DNA of 61,101 nucleotides, filler included, from It is 14 parts of 14 records of this genome, joined end to end, with 100 filler letters (N's around TTAATTAATTAA, not from the genome) between each part and the next. Parts side by side here need not be neighbours in the genome. Positions count along the whole stretch, not along the records: positions 19,198 to 24,633 come from SRR15195285_6245; positions 24,734 to 30,556 come from SRR15195285_6259; positions 30,657 to 33,915 come from SRR15195285_6261; 11 more parts are not named here. One strand, 5' to 3'. Shown piece by piece: positions 22,101 to 31,249 of this stretch (position 1 is its first letter; each line of letters starts with the position of its first letter). The notes under the pieces were generated by a model. It saw only the letters and a program-made list of their open reading frames with translations, ran no database searches and was not told where the DNA came from. The position numbers and the translations under genes were made by a program.

Positions 22101-24633
22101 TATCAAAATATTACAGAGAGGCAGGGGCGTGCGAGCCGTGCCCTGACGGACTGAATGTTTTTCAGATGCTGGGATTGTTTTTCGCATTTGTAGTTGGGGC
22201 TCTCGTCCTCATCTCGCTTGGAGCAGAGAAGATGATGGGGAAGTCGCACATGCTGAGTCAGCTTGCAACACCATTTATCATTTTGACTACTTTCTTCCAG
22301 ACTTTATCCGTTGTCATCGACCTGGATCTGAAATGGCCACCTATTCTGCTCGATTGGATCGCCTACTTTTCGTTCCTGAATTTTTCACTGGAGCTTGGGA
22401 AGCCAGAATGCTCGATTAATTGGAATTTCGAAAAGAAGCTCATATCAACGCTCGCCTCCCCCTTGTTCATCATGCTTGTGGCTAGGGCTTTCAACCTAGT
22501 GAAGAAGAAGGACCTTGTTTTGGCAGTTCTCGGGCGAAAACTTAATGATAACAAAAGGACTAAAATGACACTGTGGTTGTCTGTAGGATGGAAGAAGAAA
22601 ATTAAGAGGTGGCTACTTGAACCTGGTGGTATAAAGCGGGGCTACAATAAGGATATCGTCGGCACGTACATCGAAACGTTGTACGTGGCGTCGTTTACCT
22701 TCGGTGGTCTGTTCTTTGCAAAGACACTTGTCCAAGCGCTGGATTGCAGTGAAAATGCAGGAGAATTGTATCTGGATGCCGAACCCACACTCAAGTGCAG
22801 GTGGAGTGTAAACGATGAAGAAAAAGACATCCCGCCAAGGGTTTTTCGTCAGGGCGGGATTGGTCTACTTGCCAGCATCGTCTTCAGCGTGGAACTCGGA
22901 AACAAGCTTCGCCACCTAGGAAACGGAGCGAACGTGCCTAAAAGAGTGGCGTTTCCTCCCGTCGACTGGCTTCCTTGGCAAAAGTTGCACGAATCTCTGA
23001 AGAAAAGACGAATGCGCAGAGCATTTCGACTACCTTACGATTTTTTCTGTGGAGGTACCAATTGGCACGATCTACCCATCGGACTGCCGGTTTTACTTGT
23101 TGCAAGCATACCGTTTCTTTGGGGTGGCTACTATATTGGGACATTTCGATATGTATTTGGATGGGAGTGGTCATCGCCAGACACCCTAGAGCGATGTGTA
23201 GAAGACCGTAAACCATACAATGAAATTGAGTACAACCGTACAGTGTGTATGTCCAAGCCCGGATACGTGTGGGACAGCCGCATGTATGGTCGGATTTACT
23301 TGATGTCACTAGCAGGCTGGGCACTATTTACGGCATTCTTGCTTGTGTACTGGAAAAACCTAAGGAGGCAGGGTCCCGCGTTTGAATTTTTGTTGGACAA
23401 GATGAGGGGCGGCTGGGCATGGTGGCAAATGATGATATTGGCGCGAAAAATGTTCGTGATGATGGCAGCCTTGCTTTTTGACAGCAGACCTGTCCTCGGC
23501 TGGTTTCTAAGCATGCTAGTTGTCATGGTGGCGCTGGTGGCACAAGGAATGGCTACACCGTACACGTCGGGCGAGCTCAACTTCATCGAGTTCTGCTCAC
23601 TACTCTTTACACTTTTGATCATGACCTCAGGCATGGCTTTCCGCGCCGAAAACCTTGAGGCCTTGCAAACACTGCAAGAAGAGGCTGTTCTGGATTCAAC
23701 CGCCCTGGAAACGATAGACACTGAGCATCCAGCTGCTGAAAAGAGTGATGACATCGAGCTAGATCCTGTGCAGGCACGTCAGATGAGTTCCGACGACGCG
23801 ACAGTAATGATATCGCACCACCTCCAATCGTTCTGCTTGACGTTGGTTGTAATCATGGGTACGGTTTCATTTTTCTCTGCAGCCGAGACGGCTTGGGGAT
23901 ACACATCCGAAGATCAGAAGGTAGGAAGTAGAATGCTAGCAATGTACACGATCACGTGTGCATCTGTAGGATTTTTTGACTGGACGTTTCTTGGATCGAC
24001 GAGGTTTCAAGGATGCAAAAGGGGTAGATTGTTTTGCTGCAACCCATCATCACAAGTACACTGATGACGAGCAGTACGAGCTGTTGCTGCACTGCCCACG
24101 TGCGTGCGATTGGTGCAACGCAAGCGCCCACGATACACCAGAGTTAGGCAACAACGCGTCCATGTCGCCATTTGTGTTGAACTGTACAGATGACGACAGT
24201 TACACAGGGCCGTCACGTAACTTTACATCGTCCTTGCATTTCGGCTTTTCGTCTGGGAATCTCAACTGTGAAGATTGGGTATACGACTACCGAGCGATCG
24301 GTGCCTTTTTTGGGCGCTTCAGTAGGAATTGTCATAAGCGTGTTTGCGACACACAAAGGGGATCCATATTGCTGTTGCTGCAGGACAGAAGCTGGCAAAG
24401 AGACAAAGAAACCTTCGGGCTGCCCTTCCAAGCGTTGCCCCGCAAGAAATACCTGGTGGTTGCTGCCAACCGCCGCAACAGTCTTAGCGCCAATGTGCGG
24501 GTTTGTGGTGGGCAGTGCTGTGTTTCAGCGTAGGAATGCTGATACAAGGACACCGCTCGATGGTCAGGCGCAGCTTTACGACCGAGCGTTTGGTTGCTGG
24601 ATGTGTTTGATTATTACTTATTTTTTCATGCAG
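19198..24633 (+). CDS. Large multi-TM surface receptor (partial at both ends): Sushi/CCP-like repeats, GCTDPxAxNY motif, ephrin-receptor-like (GCC2/GCC3) Cys-rich repeats, multi-TM domain with extra C-terminal helices
   Basis: CEYTCEPGY...C...GNFSGGGC repeats; GCTDPTADNYSPTATVDNSSC; many CxxCxxGxY/F repeats; intron GTAAGA at 20902. TM-region motifs TFFQTLSV...WP, YLDAEPTLKC, WWQMMILARK, ATPYTSGELNFIE. The last part needs two frame changes at T6 runs (23972-23977, 24306-24311) or short introns. Confidence 0.8.
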
Positions 24634-24733
24634 NNNNNNNNNNNNNNNNNNNNNNNNNNNNNNNNNNNNNNNNNNNNTTAATTAATTAANNNNNNNNNNN
24701 NNNNNNNNNNNNNNNNNNNNNNNNNNNNNNNNN
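24634..24733. other. Artificial contig-joining spacer 6
   Basis: N44-TTAATTAATTAA-N44. Confidence 0.98.
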
Positions 24734-26442
24734 GCGAGCTGTGCTGCGGGCTTTGTGGGCTACGGTGGTGGCAGCTGTCTGTCGTTTACGTTGCTAGCAG
24801 GCATTGGAGGATCCGCATTGTTTGTGGTTGCCTGCATTGGCTGCTGCTTGCATCGCCGGAAGATTTCCCAGCACAACAACAAGGAGACCTACCAAGACCA
24901 TCCAGAGTTTGACGCACTTGCTGCACCCGCTATCGCTGGCCCAGCTGTTGCGCAGCCGCAAAACGTTGGAAGTCCGAGCGCACCTCCGCCAGAGCTACTG
25001 CAAGCGTCACAGGCCAGGTTGGACAGGCAACGGACTTTAGCAACGCAAGCGGAGCAGTCGATGCTGACGCAGTTCAAACAGGAGCGGTACACTGACGAGG
25101 CTACGGCACGCCGCTTCCTCAAGCAGGCTGATTGGAACCTCGACCGAGCGATGGAGCAGTACATGCCGCCCGTGCCGGCATCGCCGGTGTCTGATCGCAC
25201 GTTTTCCACATCGCGCTTCAAGGCTTCATGTGAGTGTCGCTGTCGCCTTGTGCACTGCGTCATTGCCTTTGCATCTAAACACCCGCGCCGTCGCTTCGAT
25301 GTGTAGATGTGGTCACGAGAGCTCCCGAAGGTCCGATGGACTTAGGTGCGTGGTGTTTCCGGAGTCTCTTTTCTCGCGATTACATATGATTGCCAATACT
25401 CCCACGCTCTCGTTTGTTCGTTTGTGGAGTTCTGAGCTTTTCGTTTGTGGAGCACAGGTGCAATACTCAGCGACCTCATTCGTACCTACTGCGCTGGTGA
25501 TGACATTCCGTGGTCTCAAGAGGGACTGCCTTTCTTGCAGCGCTTGCAGTGCGTCTCCGACACCAGCTGCCTTCGTCACGCCAGTCATCTCTGTTGCGTT
25601 GTTTATCATTCCATTGGACTGTTGTCAACATGCTAGTCTCCGCTGATGGACTGTACAATCATGTATCGAATATGTACGTATGCTGCGGTATCAGGCGGGA
25701 GGCTTTGCACAACAGGAGCGACCCGATCAACGAGATGATGCAGCGCATGTGGACATCCGCGTTGCCGCTCCGCGGCCGAGAGTTCTGCTTCATCCTAAAT
25801 CACGCGGTGCGAGCCGACAAGGCAGAGCTAGCGGACGCGATGGCAGGAATAGCGCGGGGTATCAACAAGCTGTGTGTGTCGGTCCCACCGCGCCCGCCTT
25901 TCCCACCGGACAATCTATGCTTCCGCGGTGGCGGCTTCGACGAGCAGTATCGCAGCTTCTTTGTGAAGGGCCGAGAATTTCGACAGCCGGCATACTTTGC
26001 GACATCGTTCTCGCGCGCAGTCGCCGACGCTTTCATTGAACGAGCTGTGGCGGCAAGCAAAGTCCGGTGGCTGGTGCGCATTGACGACGTGCGGAAGTGC
26101 GCACACGTGAATCTCGTGCGGAAGACGAATGTACCAGGAGAGGAGGAGTATCTTTTTGCGCCGTGAGAGTCCTTGCGTTAGCTTTGGCCTGCTACCAGCG
26201 GCTTCTTGTCGTGGGCATTAGTCTTATTGCGACGATCGAGACTGCTGGTGCTAACATCGTCTATGCGTTTGTGTGCGTCACTCTAACTGTGGATGCATCT
26301 TGCTAACAGGTACTCAGCATTCAGCGTGTTGAGTGCTAGCTGGAACGCGGGCACGACATCCGATCCCCATGTGATCGAGCTAGCAGCAGCGCCCGACAAC
26401 AAAGACGCAAGCGAGGCATTGCCACTTGCACCGTGGTCATGA
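24734..26442 (+). CDS. Single-pass membrane protein with cytoplasmic UBA-like domain and C-terminal R-S-E (ARTC-type) ADP-ribosyltransferase; 5' truncated, 5 exons
   Basis: Cys-rich end of ectodomain SCAAGFVGYGGGSC; TM LSFTLLAGIGGSALFVVACIGCCL followed by HRRK; UBA-like TDEATARRFLKQADWNLDRAMEQY. ART core QRMWTS, EFCFILNHAVR, CFRGGG (R), FRQPAYFATSFS (S), GEEEYLFAP|YSAFSV (ExE); ends PDNK...LPLAPWS* (TGA 26440-26442). Four GT-AG introns keep the frame. Confidence 0.8.
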
Positions 26443-26997
26443 GAGGGTGCGCTCTGCTTTGGACGCGATCGCTGGACGCTTCAGAATCGTTATCCTTTGG
26501 ACACGTTAGCTATAGTACCTCAGTTCATACTCGCCGTGATGGTTTCAATGCACACCGCAAGTCAATGGCTTCGATCGTCATGATTTTTGTTGTCCACTTC
26601 ACTGCAAACTAATCTCACCTCAGTCAGGATCTCCGCAGTCTGGAAATCGCGCAGTACTGGTGCGGCGATAGTGCGTCGAGTGGAGGTTGTGGCAGCGAAG
26701 CGCGAAGCGCACAGACAGCACTCCCGCTTCTGTGCCCATCTACACTATTTCGGCCGCGTGAATACCGTGGCCCGTCCTCAAGCTACGTGTGTCGGACAGG
26801 GTGATCAATCAGCTTGATCAGGATGGAGTTGCAACAGGTCCAGTCAGATTCAACCAGATGCAGTGTGCTGGATCGGCTATTCAATGCATGATCGCGCGTT
26901 CTGAGAACGTGCATTAACGTGCGCCAAACGCAAATCACAAGGGTGTGCCCAAGGACCGTTAGCAGCGCCCGCTCGTCTACATGAATCCGGAAACCTT

Positions 26998-28071
26998 GTG
27001 CACGCTGCCAGCTGCGTTCGTTTTCAAGGGATCCCTATCTCCGGGGTGCAATCGATTTTGCGGCGAAACCATCTCCAAATCCCAATTGCGGCTAGCAGGC
27101 TGATCGCCCCCTTGATTGCCGCCAATATCCATTGCACGGGCGGCCCCTTCAAGCTCTTCGTGCCGTTCACCTTCGGATGGGGAAGCTCGATTCGGCTGCC
27201 GACATCACGCCGTACTCACAGGCTCGATCGGACAAAGGTTTACGTAATGTTTCAGAGTGGTGCTGGCGACACGGCAACGAATGCGATTGGACTTCAGAAC
27301 CAGATGTGGTCGCAACCGGCGCGTGGCTCGGTACCAATGGCGTGGGGTAGTGATCCTCTCGTAGGTCACTTGTTTCCTGGTATCTTCGAGTACTATGCAA
27401 CTACGGCCACTGCAAATGACACATTCTTTGCAGAAACTGCTGGCGCCGGTTATGCCTGGCCTTTTCACTTCCCTGACCCACCGCGGTCTCCTGGTCAGCG
27501 ACCCGGTTCAGAGACCCTCGAAGGATTTTATAAGGAGGTTGGAGAGTTGATACAGGCCCATGGCCCAGCGAGTGGATTGCTCGATCTCTGGGAAGATGAC
27601 AACCACAGCAAGATTGCACGTGCAGTCGCAGCATCAGGCGGCCATATCAAAGCGATTACGCGGCCACCAATGCCGTCGGGCGCTGGTGTGGGCAATGGTT
27701 CTGCTGATGGGGTCGTCAACGCTGGAGTCCGCCTACGCGACGGCACAACGTTGCCTTACATTGCAAGTGCTCGTCCGCTTTGGTATTCTCAGCTCAATGG
27801 CAGCAGTGTGCCCGGTAGCATTGGCTTAGACGAGCTCGAGGCGCGCATCACCTCTGCAGCTGCATCGCTCGCGCACATAAGGCCGTTGTTCTTGAGCGTC
27901 CAGAGCATGGGATTCCGTAAAGAACCGAAGCCACCATCAACGTGGGGTGGCTTGCTACAAGCTGCTGCGGCGATGTCAGAGCGACTCGGTCCAAGTTTTG
28001 AGGTGGTTGGCGCCGATGATATGGTGGCGTTGGCCAAAATATCGCTCGGCGCCCCAAGCCACCACGGGTGA
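26998..28071 (+). CDS. GxGYxYP-family putative glycoside hydrolase/deacetylase-like C-terminal domain; N-terminal domain not found
   Basis: KVYVMFQSGAGD, MWSQPARGSVPMAWG, FPGIFEYYATTATANDTFFAETAGAGYAWP, RPLFLSV, LGPSFEVVGADDMVALA. True start is uncertain. Confidence 0.65.
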   Translation: MHAASCVRFQGIPISGVQSILRRNHLQIPIAASRLIAPLIAANIHCTGGPFKLFVPFTFGWGSSIRLPTSRRTHRLDRTKVYVMFQSGAGDTATNAIGLQNQMWSQPARGSVPMAWGSDPLVGHLFPGIFEYYATTATANDTFFAETAGAGYAWPFHFPDPPRSPGQRPGSETLEGFYKEVGELIQAHGPASGLLDLWEDDNHSKIARAVAASGGHIKAITRPPMPSGAGVGNGSADGVVNAGVRLRDGTTLPYIASARPLWYSQLNGSSVPGSIGLDELEARITSAAASLAHIRPLFLSVQSMGFRKEPKPPSTWGGLLQAAAAMSERLGPSFEVVGADDMVALAKISLGAPSHHG

Positions 28072-28178
28072 CGATCAAGGTGACGATTGCGTAAATATTT
28101 TTGGAGCTTGGCACGGTGGTGGTGCTTTTGAGACTGGTCCGGTGTACAAAGCGGACTCCTGGAAAATTACCGCATTTA

Positions 28179-30151
28179 CTAAAAGCTTGGAATCACTGTG
28201 TTGTTCTTTATGATTATCCCGCGACCGCTCGGCGCACCACCGATGATTTCAACCGGGGGGCTGCCAATCTCCTCCTGCAAACCACCCCTAGCGTGAGTTT
28301 CAAGCCGAACAAAGTAGTGCAAATTGCTTCAAGCTGGTGACGCTCACGAATAAGTTGTCTGCAACGGTGACATTTTTGATACCAGGATCGCCCTCAAGCC
28401 ATCCTTGTTCAGGTCCAATATGCAATCCACCAGCCCGTCGAAAGGTACAGTTTTGGAAGCTCGAGTCGCGCCCTTTAATCATGAAGGCCCGAGCGTATGA
28501 GTCCGAGAAGATGCTGTCGCGTACTCGAGCGCCCGAATTGTCGGTGCTCTCTAGCACAGCAAGCGACCAAAAAGGGCTCACCCCAGTGGGCATCACCTCT
28601 GAAGAGTTCTGCCCAAAGGTCCCGCTCACGTTTTGAGATTCAAGAGGAACAGCGACAGGCAAACCATTTGCAAAAACCGACTTTGTGTGGGTTACGAAGT
28701 GCGCAGAGAACGGCGCAGCCTGCATCTTAGCGTAGCCACCACTGTCGCGTTGACACAATGGTAAAAAACGACAGCAGACTGATGCATTCGCTAGCCGCAA
28801 TCAGTAGAGTTTCTAACGAGGTGGCACAGGTCTGGCTCACCGCATCGCCGCGACGGCATCGCTATTATGTGACTCTATCGGGGTGCCGGCAATCGTAACT
28901 GTCCCTTGCTTCGCCATTGTGTTGAGATGATAAAAAGACAGCACATCACCAGGCCTCGCTCGCAACAGATTGCGTTGAACATCAACGAAGGTTGCAACAG
29001 TGCTCACTCCCCTGCTACTGCCAGCACGAGGCTGATTGGGAGAAAATTGACCGAGAAAGATTGACATACCCTATGCAGGTAGAAAGTTCAGGTGGTGTCG
29101 CAACAGCACAATTCAGCTAGAGCAACGACGAAGTGGCAAGAGTACGACTTGTTCTCACCGAGCAAATGTTGCCGGAGTCATCGCCAGTGTATGCGATCGT
29201 TGAGTCTACAATCTGAGGTCCAATATCGTTTCCGTTGCTGTGGAAGCCATCCTCGTTCGTCGCAAGCAATCGTTTCACCGGTGTTGAGAGAGCGGCCCCA
29301 CCTGTTCCCCGCTGCAACGGACGCCGCGTTATCGTTACTCCCCGGTAGGTGCTGTCGCCACCGCCCTGCCCGTCGACTATGCCCATGCCAGTACCACCAT
29401 AGATGCTGACACGTTCCAATGTGATGCGTGTACAGTTGAGAGCAGTATAAGAGTGGGGGTTCGACCCATGAAATACTGTGACCTGCTGGCCAGCCTCTGC
29501 GAGTCCCACGCCATGTTGACCATTGCCAGCTCTGGTAAACACGCGGTATGTGTGATCTGCACTACCTTTCATCCTTTCGATGCGGTCTGTGAAGATGTTT
29601 ACTGCAGCCGGAGCGGAGCTGTTCCTCACCATAACCGCTGAGTTGCCATTCCTGTCGGTCGCGTCGGTCCCCCAGAACGCAACCTTGCACGGAGACTGAC
29701 CAGCACCTGGGCAAGGAGGTGTAAGAAACGTTGGATCAAATTGGGCGGTGAACGATGGCGTGCCATCTCCGCTGGCAGATCCAGTGTGGTCTACACTTCG
29801 CACGGTCCCTTGTGCCAGCGTTGGTGTGTAGTCGATAGCAAGTCCGCGAATGAAAACGTCAGCGCAATCTCGAAGCTGAACCCCGCCACCAGGAGAGAAC
29901 CAGACGGTGACACCTTCTGCGACGATGTCCATGCCCGCAGCTGATACCAACTGCAATGATTGGCTCGAGAAGTTGTACTCGCCTGGCGAGATTGTAAAGT
30001 TGGGCACCCCACCATGCGCTGCATCCTGCAGCGCCTTCTGCAGGGCATCCCCAGGCAGCAGTGGTGGCGACCTTGCGGCCGCCACGAGCTGCGGGCTCAG
30101 TAGCACGCAGCACCATGCTCGCGCCACTGCCAGTGCTGTGCGAGTGCGCAT
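28179..30151 (-). CDS. Secreted right-handed beta-helix glycosidase-like protein (GH110/alpha-galactosidase B-like); 4 exons
   Basis: Signal peptide; FTISPGEYNF; GLAIDYTPTLAQGTV; ITLERVSIYGGTGMGI; RLLATNEDGFHS...GPQIVDSTIAYTGDDSGNI; GARVRDSIFSDSYARAFMIK; WLEGDPGIKNVTVADNLF. Last exon EEIGSPP...IKNNTVIPSF* (TAG 28179-28181). Confidence 0.75.
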
Positions 30152-30368
30152 GCCCCCCCGCCGCCGCCAGTGCGGCGCGAGCGACTGCCTGCGCCTCTCT
30201 AGCTAGAATAGCTAGGTGGGGATGAGACGTCCGTCTCTGGCCGCGCGGCGAGTGTGCCACTGTCACAGCGTTGGATGGGCGCGTCGATCGATATGATTAT
30301 GAATACCGACAATTTTTGCGGTGAAGCCGCGGCTGGGAAAAGCGGAGTTGTCCAATCATGCATGATCA

Positions 30369-30556
30369 GTCATCGATGCCAGAATTTTCTGGAACAGTAC
30401 GGGTGCTGGCTCGATGGGTTACATATCGTATGATCACACCGGTTGGGGAGCTGAGAAAGGTGAGCAAGAGAAGGAGGACTCGTGGGAAGAGGCGATCAAG
30501 CGCAAGCGAGAGCTTGTGGCGGGTGGCGTGGAGTTTGTGCCTTTCAGTATCGAAGC
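30369..30556 (+). mobile_element. 5'-truncated fragment of a restriction-like-endonuclease (CRE/NeSL/R2-group) non-LTR retrotransposon
   Basis: Reads VIDARIFWN...GWGAEKGEQEKEDSWEEAIKRKRELVAGGVEFVPFSIE, resembling the RLE C-terminus pattern D(V/A)xI...A...E..K......F(V/I)PF(A/S)(V/I)E. An in-frame stop lies just upstream, and the fragment runs into the contig break. Confidence 0.6.
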
Positions 30557-30656
30557 NNNNNNNNNNNNNNNNNNNNNNNNNNNNNNNNNNNNNNNNNNNN
30601 TTAATTAATTAANNNNNNNNNNNNNNNNNNNNNNNNNNNNNNNNNNNNNNNNNNNN
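30557..30656. other. Artificial contig-joining spacer 7
   Basis: N44-TTAATTAATTAA-N44. Confidence 0.98.
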
Positions 30657-30694
30657 TCTCATCAGTTTTACCCAAACGATCAGTAGGAATTCCG

Positions 30695-30855
30695 GCTACG
30701 GTACACTGTGTACACTACACGGGTACCGGTATACTATTTTGAAAAAAAATAGTACTAGGATCCTACTGTACCGTAGGTTCCTACAGTACCTGAAGGTAGA
30801 GCCGGGACGGCTCTACTAGCTAGATCTAGATCTAGCCCGGAGTAGCTACCGGTTT
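30695..30855. promoter_or_regulatory. GTAC/CTAG-dense upstream region with 9-bp hairpin (30796-30816) and 18-bp palindrome GCTAGATCTAGATCTAGC (30819-30836)
   Basis: Seen directly; lies upstream of the O-acetyltransferase gene. Confidence 0.45.
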
Positions 30856-31249
30856 CGATTCAATCTTTGTGCACAGTGCAGTCTGCATTGGAAAATGGCC
30901 CTGCATATTTTCAGTACTGTACAGTATTTACCGTTCAGGAGGCACTGGACGACTGCAGGAGGCTGGAGGCTGGAGGGTACGCGGCGTACGTCCGCCGGCG
31001 GCAGAGGGCGGGGTGCGTGGCGGGGTGCGTGGCGGGGTGCGGCACCGCACCAGGGGCGAGTGCGTGAGCCCCCTGCCAGTCCTTGTGCTGGCTGTGCAGG
31101 GTGGCTTGGTCTGTGTTTTGACACGGCCGTGCTGCTGGCTGTGCAGGGTGTGTGCTGCGCTGGGGGGGCGTGCGACGGTGGGTGTGGCGGCGTGGCCTTC
31201 ACGGGCTGCTGTCGAGCGCGCCGGTGAGCAGCGCTGCCGGGTCGCCGCG

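Noticed and set aside
30869-31249. N-terminal ORF extensions upstream of RWA (also 50851-51054 for the mannosidase and 38300-38389 for the lipase fusion)
   Set aside because: They run through GC-rich promoter/UTR sequence, mostly from non-ATG starts. Downstream ATGs give more plausible N-termini.
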